Assembly (NCBI GenBank): GCA_963813535.1
Contig: CAWEZH010000002.1
Location: 928,001-992,000, forward strand
Length of the DNA: 64,000 nucleotides
Origin: an uncultured Chloroflexia bacterium
GTDB taxonomy: Bacteria; Chloroflexota; Limnocylindria; Limnocylindrales; CSP1-4
Reading direction: 5' to 3'
Under the pieces are notes generated by a model. That model saw only the letters and a program-made list of their open reading frames with translations, was not told where the DNA came from and searched no databases. Positions 50,904 to 59,930 of this stretch are shown here, one piece after another. Position 1 is the first letter of the stretch, and every line of letters begins with the position of its first letter. Both the position numbers and the translations under genes were made by a program.

Positions 50904-52349
50904 CTACCGGTGGTAGACCGTGCCGCCGGCGATCCGCTCCTTGTTGAGCCGCCGAGCGAGATGGAGCCCCTCGAGCAGGAATTCCACGGCCGAGGCGACG
51001 ACCGCCGGCTCCTCGGCACCGTCGGTCACGTCGAACGTGCCGAGACCCGCGACAGCGTCATCCATGCCAGGCACCTCGCGCAGCCAGGTGACGTATTCGC
51101 GCGACGGTGTTCGTTCCCCGGCCTCGACGATGAACCCGTCTTCGAAGGCCTCGACGATCGGCTCCAGGTCGTCGAGCGTGACACGGCGGTTGAACGTCGA
51201 GTAGAGGGCCTTCGTGATCAGCCGTTCGACGACACGCTCCTCGGGCGCCTCGTCGCCGACCGACTCGAGCTCGACCTTGCCGACGGTCGAGGCCACGATC
51301 GCGCCGAGATCGGACACGCGGGGTGCCGCGACCGCCTCGCCGAGCCGGACCGCACGCTTCAGGGCAGCCGCTTCGAGCACCTCCATGTTGGCCACGGAGA
51401 CGCGCACCGACACGCCCGAGCGCTGACTGATCTCCGGCGAACGCCGCGCGAGCTGGGTGATCTCGGCGATGACCTCTTCCATGAACGGTGGCACGACGAC
51501 CGTGGGCGTGGCGGCGTCGCCGTCCGTCGCACCCGGGCCGAAGCGGTGCTTCTCCTGCGCCACGATCGACAGCTCCTGGTCGAGCGAGCGCGGGTAGTGG
51601 GTCCGGATCTGCGAGCCGAGGCGGTCCTTGAGCGGCGTGATGATGCGGCCGCGCGAGGTGTAGTCCTCGGGGTTGGCACTGGCGACCACGTACAGGTCGA
51701 GCGGCAGGCGGACGGTGAAGCCGCGGATCTGGACGTCGCGCTCCTCGAGCACGTTGAGCAGGCCGACCTGGATCCGCTCGGCCAGGTCGGGCAGCTCGTT
51801 GATAGCGACGATGCCCCGATTCGCCCGAGGGATGAGCCCGTAGTGGAGCGTCATCTCGTCGGACAGGTAGCGTCCCTCGGCGATCTTGATCGGGTCGACC
51901 TCGCCGATCAGGTCGGCGATCGTGATGTCGGGCGTCGCCAGCTTCTCGGCGTAGCGGCGATCGCGGGGCAGCCAATCGATCGCGCCATCGTCGCCCTCGC
52001 TGTCGACGATGGCGCGGGCCGCGGCGGAGACCGGCGCGTATGGGTCGTCGTTGAGCTCCCCGCCGCGCAGCACCGGCAGCCACTCGTCGAGCAGGCCGAT
52101 CAGCAGGCGGGCCATCCGTGTCTTGGCCTGCCCGCGCTCGCCGAGGAACACGAGGTCATGGCCGGCCAGGATCGCGTTCTCGATGGCGGGGATGACCGAG
52201 TCCTCATACCCCACGATGCCGGGCAGGACCTCGCGGCCGTCGGCAAGACGCGCGATGAGGTTCGCGCGGAGCTCGTCCTTCACGGTGCGCGACCGCCAGC
52301 CGCTGGCCCGGAGCTCGGCGATCGTCGTGGGGCGCTCGGCGGATGGCAT
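50904..52349 (-). CDS. Magnesium chelatase ChlI-like AAA+ ATPase
   Basis: Motifs GERGQAKT, ANRGIVAINELPDL and ANPEDYTSRG. Confidence 0.9.
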   Translation of the reverse strand: MPSAERPTTIAELRASGWRSRTVKDELRANLIARLADGREVLPGIVGYEDSVIPAIENAILAGHDLVFLGERGQAKTRMARLLIGLLDEWLPVLRGGELNDDPYAPVSAAARAIVDSEGDDGAIDWLPRDRRYAEKLATPDITIADLIGEVDPIKIAEGRYLSDEMTLHYGLIPRANRGIVAINELPDLAERIQVGLLNVLEERDVQIRGFTVRLPLDLYVVASANPEDYTSRGRIITPLKDRLGSQIRTHYPRSLDQELSIVAQEKHRFGPGATDGDAATPTVVVPPFMEEVIAEITQLARRSPEISQRSGVSVRVSVANMEVLEAAALKRAVRLGEAVAAPRVSDLGAIVASTVGKVELESVGDEAPEERVVERLITKALYSTFNRRVTLDDLEPIVEAFEDGFIVEAGERTPSREYVTWLREVPGMDDAVAGLGTFDVTDGAEEPAVVASAVEFLLEGLHLARRLNKERIAGGTVYHR

Positions 52350-52357
52350 CGTGGACC

Positions 52358-53284
52358 TCAGTTCGTGGCGGAGACGCTGGTCGAGTCGACGGTCGTCGCG
52401 CGGTAGCCGTCGATGGCTGCGCGCACGGCCTCGACGTCGGTGATGCCGGCCTCGGCGAGACCCGCGAGATAGTCCTTTCGTCGATCGACTTCGGCCTCGA
52501 AGTCGCCGGGGCGGCGGTCGACCCGGAGGGCGAGCTCTGGGGTGATGCCCCATGCGAAGTGTTCGAAATGGTCGCGGTCAGGGTCCCACGTCGCGAGGAC
52601 CGCCGGACCGAGACGCTGTACATGGCCGTGTTCGTCGCGGGCGATCGGGCGGATGTAGTGCGCGGCCGCGACGCGCCGCAGCCCGTCCCCGACAGGTCGC
52701 AGGATCAGCACGATCCCGAGCCGCGACAGCTCGTCGTCGCCAAGGCTGACGGGTGGTCGGCGCAGCTGCTCGAACACCTCATCGAGGGAATCTGCGTGGA
52801 TGGTCGCGGCAAGGCCGTACCCGATGGCCGCGGCACGCACGGCGATCCTCGCCTCCGCGCCCCAGGTGTACGAGGGCAGGTGATCGGACAGTTCGGGGAT
52901 GAGCAGGACCGTGTCGTCGGGCCGGTTCGGGGGCGGTCGGCGCCCGCTGACACGGGCCGCGATCGCCTGCGGCGTGAGCGTGGGCCGCCACCCGAGCTCC
53001 GGCGCCTGCGGCAGCCAGTCGAACGTCTCCATGGCGCCGGCCAGCTCGACGGTGCGGATGCCGGGCGGTAGGAAGGTGAGGACCGCATCGAGGAGGGTGG
53101 TCTTGCCGACCTGTCGGGCAGACGCTCCGACGATGATCGGGACTCGTCCTTCGATCAGCAGCCAGAGCGTCGCGGCCAGCTCCGCATCGAGCGTGCCGGA
53201 ACGGATCAACTCGACGATCGAGCGCGGCGTCGGCGGGATGTGGCGGATGGCCCACCGGCCCCGCCCCGGCGAGGTCTCGGCCAC
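52358..53284 (-). CDS. Stand-alone VirB11/PilT-like P-loop ATPase domain protein
   Basis: Motifs SIVELIRSGTLD, GASARQVGKTT, LLIPEL and ATIHADS. Confidence 0.75.
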   Translation of the reverse strand: MAETSPGRGRWAIRHIPPTPRSIVELIRSGTLDAELAATLWLLIEGRVPIIVGASARQVGKTTLLDAVLTFLPPGIRTVELAGAMETFDWLPQAPELGWRPTLTPQAIAARVSGRRPPPNRPDDTVLLIPELSDHLPSYTWGAEARIAVRAAAIGYGLAATIHADSLDEVFEQLRRPPVSLGDDELSRLGIVLILRPVGDGLRRVAAAHYIRPIARDEHGHVQRLGPAVLATWDPDRDHFEHFAWGITPELALRVDRRPGDFEAEVDRRKDYLAGLAEAGITDVEAVRAAIDGYRATTVDSTSVSATN

Positions 53285-53370
53285 GGTCGGAGCGTAGGGC
53301 CGGGTCCGTGGAGCGTCAAACGTCGCGGTCCGGGTCGGGCGGACAGCGCGGCGTGGAGTGCCCCGCGCCT

Positions 53371-53528
53371 GTCACCGGGTGACCGAACGGGCGGTCAAAC
53401 GCCCGGGGCGCGCCCGTCCGCGCTGCTTCGTTCGTCGCCCCGGTCACCGGGTGACGCGACGGGCGGTCGAACTCGCCTCGGGCGCGGATTGGGGCGGTCC
53501 TTCTTCGGTTCGGTCACGGGGTGACCGA
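53371..53528. repeat. Three GTCAC-N3-GTGAC palindromes at a 70-72 nt period
   Basis: Copies at 53371, 53443 and 53513. The first two share the flank ACGGGCGGTCRAAC. Confidence 0.75.
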
Positions 53529-53580
53529 GGCCCGCAATGTCGACACTCGACGTCAACATCACGGCCTACCATCCACCCCG

Positions 53581-54219
53581 ATGGCGCCCGCCCTCGACAT
53601 CCAGCCGCTTACGCCCGAGCGTCTCCCCGACCTCGCCTCGCTCTTCGAGCAGGGCGGCGATCCGAAGTGGTGCTGGTGCGCCTACTTCCGGATCCGCGGC
53701 TTCGATTTCTCGAGCGGTGGCAAGGCTCGTCACCGCCGGGCGATGGAGAGTGCCGTCGACGAGAACGCCCGCGAGGGCCGCGCGCCAGGACTCGTCGCCT
53801 ACGACGGCGGCGAGGCGGTCGGCTGGGTCAGTGTCGGGCCGCGAGAGGACTACGAGCGGCTCGCGTACTCGAAGGTCCTCGCGCCCATCGATGACAAGCC
53901 GGTGTGGTCGATCGTGTGTTTCGTCGTGGGCCGGCGCTCACGCGGCCAGGGCGTCGCGAACAAGCTCCTGGAGGCGGCCATCGACTACGCGCGTGACCAT
54001 GGCGCGACGATGCTGGAGGCCTACCCGGTCGAGGTCCCGAAGGGCAAGCGGATCGGACCGGGCGACGTGTACAAGGGAACGGTGTCCATGTTCACCCGGG
54101 CCGGCTTCAAGGTCGTCGAGCGACGTCAGTGGAACGCGACGACACCCGTCCGCCCCATCGTCCGGCGCGCCCTACGGCCAGCTCGTGGAGGTCGGGGGTC
54201 CGTCAGGGCTACGACGTGA
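53581..54219 (+). CDS. GNAT acetyltransferase (CWC type)
   Basis: Motifs WCWC, GWVSVGPR, IVCF, RGQGVA and LEAYP. Confidence 0.88.
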   Translation: MAPALDIQPLTPERLPDLASLFEQGGDPKWCWCAYFRIRGFDFSSGGKARHRRAMESAVDENAREGRAPGLVAYDGGEAVGWVSVGPREDYERLAYSKVLAPIDDKPVWSIVCFVVGRRSRGQGVANKLLEAAIDYARDHGATMLEAYPVEVPKGKRIGPGDVYKGTVSMFTRAGFKVVERRQWNATTPVRPIVRRALRPARGGRGSVRATT

Positions 54220-54844
54220 TGGTCGGCGGCGCGATGACCGTCGCGTCCGGCGCGCTTCGCTTGGCACCTTCGATCAGGAGCCACACGAACGGGAGCAGGA
54301 GGCTGATCACGCCGAGACTCGGGACACTGAACGCGAGGAGGTCGCCAGCCGCGCCGATGAGGTGGTATGCCGTCACGATCGGAACGATGGCCCACCCGAT
54401 GAGCCGTGTCCTCCCCTCGGTGCCCAGGAGCAGGAGACCGAAGAACCAGGCGTAGATGCCGAGCGCGAGTACACGTTCGGGCCAGACCCCGAGGAGACCG
54501 TAGGCGATGTCGTCCAAGGCGGCGTTCTGGGAAAAGAGGCTGCTGAGTGCCTGCAGGAGAAAGATCCCCGCAAACAACGCCGCGGACAGGGCTCCGATCG
54601 CATTGATCCAACGGGGCAACCCGAAGTCGAAGATGGCCCTGACGAAGAGCAGCATCCCGATGGTCAGGACGACGTGAACGACGACTTGTGGGGCGTTGCC
54701 CCCGACGACCATTTGGGACGCCACCGCTAGGGGTACGGCCAGGAGGATCGTCACAGCGGCCGCAACGGCCCAGGTGGATCTCATCATGGCCTTGGAACCT
54801 GTGGTTCGGAGCATCGTGGGATCAACGGAGTCGACCGACGCCAT
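54209..54844 (-). CDS. Hypothetical integral membrane protein
   Basis: GGAGG SD before ATG 54844 and about 6 hydrophobic helices. Confidence 0.7.
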   Translation of the reverse strand: MASVDSVDPTMLRTTGSKAMMRSTWAVAAAVTILLAVPLAVASQMVVGGNAPQVVVHVVLTIGMLLFVRAIFDFGLPRWINAIGALSAALFAGIFLLQALSSLFSQNAALDDIAYGLLGVWPERVLALGIYAWFFGLLLLGTEGRTRLIGWAIVPIVTAYHLIGAAGDLLAFSVPSLGVISLLLPFVWLLIEGAKRSAPDATVIAPPTITS

Positions 54845-55035
54845 CGTGTGTACCTCCCGTACGGTCGTTCCCCTAGGAGCGCGGTAGACGCGAAGTCTGG
54901 CCCTGGCCACCCCCGGCCGCATGACGTACACGTCATGTCCTCTCTGGCGTGCGACGGCGCTGGAAGGAGTGCGTTTTGGCCCTCGGAGCCGCGCGTACGT
55001 CATCCGTCGTAGCCCGCCACCGTCGTCCGTCCACG

Positions 55036-55065
55036 TTGACATCGGCTTGGTCCGACCCGTAGACT
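55036..55065 (+). promoter_or_regulatory. Sigma70-type promoter of the exporter operon
   Basis: TTGACA, 18-nt spacer, TAGACT. Confidence 0.75.
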
Positions 55066-55123
55066 GCGCGCCGGGCCTGGAGCGCCCGACCATCCATTCC
55101 CTCTAACGGAGGCGGCTCGGAAT

Positions 55124-55207
55124 ATGTCGATGACGCACCTTCTCCGACGCACGATCGCGCCTATCGGCGCCGTCGATGGCGGGAGATCTGCGCCCATCTC
55201 GAGCTAG
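55124..55207 (+). CDS. Putative leader peptide (27 aa)
   Basis: GGAGG at 55108-55112. Encodes MSMTHLLRRTIAPIGAVDGGRSAPISS. Lies between the promoter and the terminator. Confidence 0.6.
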   Translation: MSMTHLLRRTIAPIGAVDGGRSAPISS

Positions 55208-55241
55208 CCGCAGGCGGCAGGACCGCCTTCCGGAAGCCACG

Positions 55242-55274
55242 AGCCGTGGGCCAGATCGGGCCCCCGGCTTTTTT
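55242..55274 (+). terminator. Intrinsic terminator in the 5' leader (attenuator)
   Basis: AGCCG-T-GGGCC / GGCCC-C-CGGCT stem followed by a run of six T (55269-55274). Confidence 0.8.
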
Positions 55275-55415
55275 GATGCCTTCCCTGCGCTGACCGGACC
55301 GCCGGCAGAGCATCCAGGACCAGCATCGCGAGCCGCGAGGCCCACCGACGAAGCGTCGGACGAGGCCCGCGGCTCTTCCATTTCCACCCACCGCCACCGA
55401 ACTTGGAGTCCACCA

Positions 55416-56300
55416 GTGACCGCCATCCTGACCGAACAACTGAAGACGACCACCCGGCCCGCTCAGGTCGCTTCGACGGCGATGGGGGCGGTCCCTGCCC
55501 TGCTCATCGAGAGCGTCAGCAAGTCGTTCGTCGTCGGCCGCAAGCGCAAGCCTGTCGCCGCGATCACCGATCTGTCGATGCGCCTCGAGCGCGGCGAGAT
55601 GCACGGCATCCTCGGTGCGAACGGCTCGGGCAAGTCGACCCTCATCCGCCTGATCAGCGGGCTGCTCACGCTCGACAGCGGTCGAGTCGAGGTCTTCGGA
55701 CACGACATCGAACGCGAGGAGATGGCGGTGAAGCGGTTGATCAACCGGGTCAGCGTCGATGCCGCCTTCTTCAAGAAGCTCAGCCCGATGGAGAACCTGT
55801 TGTTCGCCGCACGGCTGTACGGGATCGACGGGGCGACCGCCAAGCGGCAGACCGTCGAGATCCTGGCCCGGCTGGGCATCGGCGAGAAGCGAGTCGGCCG
55901 GCCGGTCGAGCAGATGAGCCGTGGCATGCAGCAGAAGGTCGCCATCGCGCGAGCCATGCTGACGAGCCCGACCCTCCTGCTGCTCGACGAGCCGACCACC
56001 GGTCTCGACCCGCGCAGCAAGCTCGACGTGCAGGCCTTCATCGAGGAGATCAACGAGACCCACGACGCAACGATCGTCCTGACGACCCACGACCTGGCCG
56101 AGGCGGAGCGCCTCTGCAGCCGGATCACGGTCCTCAACGACGGCCGTGTCGTGGCGGAGGACACGCCCGACGGGCTGAAGCAGACGACATCGGAGCGGCT
56201 CGGCCAGCCGGCCAGCCTCGAGGACGTGTTCATGACCTACACCGGCCGCTCCCTCGACGACGACGTCGACGAGGACGAGACAGAGCCGGACGACGACTAG
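55416..56300 (+). CDS. ABC-2 exporter ATP-binding protein (DrrA-like)
   Basis: Motifs GANGSGKS, MSRGM, LLLDEPT and LEDVF. GGAG SD before GTG 55416. Confidence 0.92.
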   Translation: MTAILTEQLKTTTRPAQVASTAMGAVPALLIESVSKSFVVGRKRKPVAAITDLSMRLERGEMHGILGANGSGKSTLIRLISGLLTLDSGRVEVFGHDIEREEMAVKRLINRVSVDAAFFKKLSPMENLLFAARLYGIDGATAKRQTVEILARLGIGEKRVGRPVEQMSRGMQQKVAIARAMLTSPTLLLLDEPTTGLDPRSKLDVQAFIEEINETHDATIVLTTHDLAEAERLCSRITVLNDGRVVAEDTPDGLKQTTSERLGQPASLEDVFMTYTGRSLDDDVDEDETEPDDD

Positions 56301-56324
56301 ATGACCAGAAAGGAGGTGATATCG

Positions 56325-56513
56325 ATGAACTTCAACCAGATCGCATTGGAGCTGGCGCAGTTGCGCCAGGAAGAGCTGATCGCTGAGTCCGCGCGTGCGC
56401 GCCGGACCCCGCGCAACAGCCCGTCCATCCGCCGATCGATCGGCCGCCGCGTCATCGCGGTGGGCGAGCGGATCGCTGCGGATACCGCACTGGAGCTGGC
56501 TCGGTCCCGCTAA
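56325..56513 (+). CDS. Small basic hypothetical protein (62 aa)
   Basis: Full-length SD AAGGAGGTGAT. Sequence MNFNQIALELAQLRQEELIAESARARR...RRSIGRRVIAVGERIA. Confidence 0.8.
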   Translation: MNFNQIALELAQLRQEELIAESARARRTPRNSPSIRRSIGRRVIAVGERIAADTALELARSR

Positions 56514-56549
56514 CGGACCGAGCCGGCCTCCACCTCAGGAGATCCTCTC

Positions 56550-57353
56550 GTGACCATCGTCGCCCATGAGCTGAAGGCCTCGTACGCCTTCATCGAGCGC
56601 AACTTCTTTCTGACTCGCCGCTACTGGGGCTGGGAACTCGCGTTCCTGGTCTATTCGGTCGCGGGCGCGCTGTCGATCTCGCTCATCGGTGCCGACCAGG
56701 GCAGCCCCGAGCTGCTGCTGACATTGATGGTGGGGGCGATCTTCTGGAACTACCTCTCGGTCGTGTTCAGCTGGATCGCCGAGACAGTGTCGATCGAGCG
56801 CTGGGAAGGGACCCTCGAGTACACCTTCATGGCCCCGGTCCGGCGCTCGTCCCAGCTGTTCGGCAGCGTCATCTACGCGATGTTCTACGGCCTGATCCAC
56901 ACGGCCGTGATCTTCGTCGCGCTCCTGCTGTTCTTCCCGCAGCTCGACTTCAGCCAGGCGAACCCGGTGACGGCGCTCACGTTCGTGCTGCTCGGCTCGT
57001 TCAGCTTCGTCGGGATCGGGATGATCGCTGCGATCCTGCCGCTGCTGTACGTCGAGCGCGGCGCGCAGATGACGTTCGTGCTCCAGTCATGCCTGCTGCT
57101 CGTCAGCGGCGTGTACTACTCGATCGAGATCCTGCCCGAGTGGATGCAGGTCCTGTCGCGCCTGTCGCCGGCGACGTACGTCCTCGACGGCGTGCGGGCC
57201 GGGCTCGTCCACGGGGCCTCCGTGTCGGAGCTGACCTACGACATCTGGCCGCTCATCGTGAGCGGGATCGTGCTGATCCCGTTCGGCCTGTGGGCATTCG
57301 CGCGCGCCGAGCGCTACGCGAAGCGCACCGGGAAGCTCAAGAGGGTCGGATAG
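56550..57353 (+). CDS. ABC-2 exporter permease
   Basis: Motifs ERWEGTLE, SGVYY and LSPATY, with 6 TM helices. Confidence 0.9.
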   Translation: MTIVAHELKASYAFIERNFFLTRRYWGWELAFLVYSVAGALSISLIGADQGSPELLLTLMVGAIFWNYLSVVFSWIAETVSIERWEGTLEYTFMAPVRRSSQLFGSVIYAMFYGLIHTAVIFVALLLFFPQLDFSQANPVTALTFVLLGSFSFVGIGMIAAILPLLYVERGAQMTFVLQSCLLLVSGVYYSIEILPEWMQVLSRLSPATYVLDGVRAGLVHGASVSELTYDIWPLIVSGIVLIPFGLWAFARAERYAKRTGKLKRVG

Positions 57354-58396
57354 TGATCATGCCTGAGCCGGCCACGGCCCGCGTCATCGCCGTCCACAAG
57401 GAGACGTCGATCGTGCGCGGGCCGGACGGCACCGACCGGTCGGCGGTCGTCTCGGGTCGGTTCCGGTACGACGCCCTTGCCACGTCCGACTATCCAGCCG
57501 TCGGCGACTGGGTCGCGATCTCGGATGGCCAGGACCCGGTCGTCATCACCGCGGTCCTTCCCCGCCGGTCCGCGTTCGTCCGCAGTGCGGCGGACGCGAG
57601 CCGCCGGTCGGCGGGTCATCTCGTCGACGAGCAGGTGCTCGCAGCGAACGTGGATGTGGCCTTCCTCGTGGCCGGGCTCGACCATGACTTCAACATCCGT
57701 CGACTCGAGCGATATCTGGCGGTCGCCTGGTCGAGCGGTGTGCGTCCGGTCGTCGTACTCAACAAAGCCGACATCGCGCTCGACCTCGAAGCGAGGCTCG
57801 TCGACGTCGCCTCGGTAGCACCGGCGGTGCCGATCGTCGTCCTGTCGGCGCTGACTGGCGACCACGTCGCCGACCTGGCCCCGTACCTCGCCCCCGGCCA
57901 GACCGCGGTCGTGCTGGGGTCGTCCGGTGTCGGCAAGTCAACCCTCGTCAACGCGCTCCTCGGCACGCAGCGCCAGGCCACCGCCGCGGTGCGGGAGGAC
58001 GACTCCCGCGGGCGACACACCACGACGCACCGGGAGCTGTTCGAGCTGCCGGACGGCGCATTCCTGATCGATACACCGGGGATCCGGTCGCTGGAGGTCG
58101 CCGGCGCGGACGAGGGGATCGATGTCGCATTCGACGATGTCGCCGACCTCGCAGCGCAGTGCCGGTTCAGCGATTGCCGCCATCGCGGTGAGCCTGGCTG
58201 CGCGATCCGCGCGGCCCTCGACGACGGCAGCCTGAGCGCGGACCGGTTGGCGAGCCACGAGAAGCTCGAGCGCGAGCTCGCCCATGCCGAGCGCAAGGTC
58301 GATCCGCGCGCGCGGGCCGAGGCGCGCCGGCGCTGGAAGACCATCCACAAGACGGTCGGCCGCCACATGCAGGACAAGTACGGGGAGGCACGGTGA
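57353..58396 (+). CDS. rsgA: Ribosome small subunit-dependent GTPase A
   Basis: Motifs PAVGDWV, NKAD, GSSGVGKST, GRHTTT, DTPG and CRFSDCRHRGEPGC. Confidence 0.93.
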   Translation: MIMPEPATARVIAVHKETSIVRGPDGTDRSAVVSGRFRYDALATSDYPAVGDWVAISDGQDPVVITAVLPRRSAFVRSAADASRRSAGHLVDEQVLAANVDVAFLVAGLDHDFNIRRLERYLAVAWSSGVRPVVVLNKADIALDLEARLVDVASVAPAVPIVVLSALTGDHVADLAPYLAPGQTAVVLGSSGVGKSTLVNALLGTQRQATAAVREDDSRGRHTTTHRELFELPDGAFLIDTPGIRSLEVAGADEGIDVAFDDVADLAAQCRFSDCRHRGEPGCAIRAALDDGSLSADRLASHEKLERELAHAERKVDPRARAEARRRWKTIHKTVGRHMQDKYGEAR

Positions 58397-59413
58397 TGAC
58401 GACGAGAGCCGACGAGTCGCTCGAGCTCGTGGGCGCACCACCGATCGACGGGCTCAGCTTCCGTCCACCGCGCGGCGACGACAGCGACTACGAGTCGATG
58501 GCGCGCGTAATCGGCATCGCGAGCCTGCACGACCATGACCCCTGGCTACCGACCGCCACCAACCTCCGCGAGGAGATGGAGGGCACCTCCACGCTGGATC
58601 CGTCCCGTGACGCGCTCGTGGCCGAGGTCGACGGCGAGATCGATCGCCCTTTCGTCGGTCGAAAGGGTGCTTCGTGGCGGCACGGCGATGTTCGACCTCC
58701 GTGGCACGCTCCTGCCCGAGTACCGCCACCGGGGCATCGGGCGCGCGATGCTGCATGCCAGCCTTCGTCGAGCGACCGAGCAGGCCATCGAGGCCGGCGA
58801 TGCCTTCCCCCTCACGGTGCGGGGCTTCGCGTCGGAGCTCGAGACCGGTCACCGCGCGCTCCTCGAAACGGAGGGCTTCACGATCAACCGGTGGTTCTTC
58901 CTCATGCATCGTCCGACGCTCGGTGCCATCCCCGATGCGCCGCTTCCGCCCGGTATCGAGCTGCGACCCGTCCGCGAGGAGGATCACCGCGCCATCTTCG
59001 ATGCCGAGTTCGAGGCATTCCAGGATCACTGGCAGCCGCATGACTACGACGAGGTCGAGTTCGAGGGCCTCTACAAGAAGGCCGATCTCGACACCGGGCT
59101 GTGGGTGGTCGCGTGGGATGGCGCTCAGATCGCGGGCGTCGTCCAGAACTGGATCTGGGCCGAGGAGAACGAGAAGCTCGGGGTCAGTCGCGGCTGGCTC
59201 GAGCACATCAGTGTCCGCCGACCGTGGCGCCGACAGGGGCTCGGTCGCGCGATCACGGCGGAATCGCTGCGTCGTCTGCGAGCCGCCGGCATGACCGATG
59301 CGATGCTCGGGGTCGACGCCGAGAATCCGACCGGGGCGCTCGGCCTGTACGAGAGTCTGGGTTTCGACGTCACGCAGCGGATGTCCGCCTACGTGCGAAC
59401 CGTGGAGCGCTGA
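58393..59413 (+). pseudogene. Tandem-GNAT acetyltransferase (MshD-like) with a +1 frameshift (or sequencing error)
   Basis: Frame 1 runs to LVAEVDGEI. The protein continues in the shifted frame as IALSSVERV...PEYRHRGIG...WRRQGLG...NPTGALGLYESLGF. Junction GATCGATC at 58638-58645. Confidence 0.8.
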
Positions 59414-59473
59414 ACCGCGGGCTCCTACCCCGGGCAGTGGCATCATGGTCGGGACGCGTTGGAGGATCCGATC

Positions 59474-59890
59474 ATGCGTGCGTTCCTGATCGTGGCCAAC
59501 CAGACGCTGACGAGCCAGTCGCTGACCCAGGAGATCACGGCGCGACTCGCCGACGGACCGGTTCGGACCCACGTCGTCGTCCCCCTGAGCCCGGTCGGCG
59601 GGCGGCTCACGTGGGACGAACAGGCGTCCCGGGCCGTCGCCCAGACCCGTCTCGAGGAGATGCTCGAGCGACTGCGCGAGATGGGAGCCGAGGCCGACGG
59701 CGAGATCGGCGACCGCGACCCGGTCATGGCCGTGCGCGATGCCCTGCGCGGGCGGGAGGTCGACGAGGTCATCGTGTCGACCCTGCCCAAGGGCCTGTCG
59801 CGCTGGCTGGGCGAGGACGTGCCGAGCCGACTCCGTGACTCGGTGAAGGTGCCAGTCACGGTGGTGACCCAGGACGGGACCGTCGCCTGA
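59474..59890 (+). CDS. Universal stress protein-like small protein
   Basis: Motifs LIVANQT, GDRDP, DEVIVSTLP and SRWL. GGAGG SD. Confidence 0.78.
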   Translation: MRAFLIVANQTLTSQSLTQEITARLADGPVRTHVVVPLSPVGGRLTWDEQASRAVAQTRLEEMLERLREMGAEADGEIGDRDPVMAVRDALRGREVDEVIVSTLPKGLSRWLGEDVPSRLRDSVKVPVTVVTQDGTVA

Positions 59891-59930
59891 CGAGCCGAGA
59901 AGCGCCCAGGCACGGCGGGAGCCAAACAGG

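Noticed and set aside
48779-52349. AAA+/VWA pair as CoxD/CoxE or as a true Mg-chelatase
   Set aside because: The motifs fit the widespread ChlI-like/VWA pair rather than MoxR-type CoxD. The pair is ~8 kb from the cox genes and no chlorophyll genes are present.
53371-53528. Mini-CRISPR
   Set aside because: Only three units, the spacers share sequence, and there is no leader or cas gene.
41880-58650. Programmed frameshifting in the phosphoesterase and GNAT genes
   Set aside because: Neither has a canonical slippery heptamer or an obvious stimulator. Sequencing error or recent mutation is simpler.
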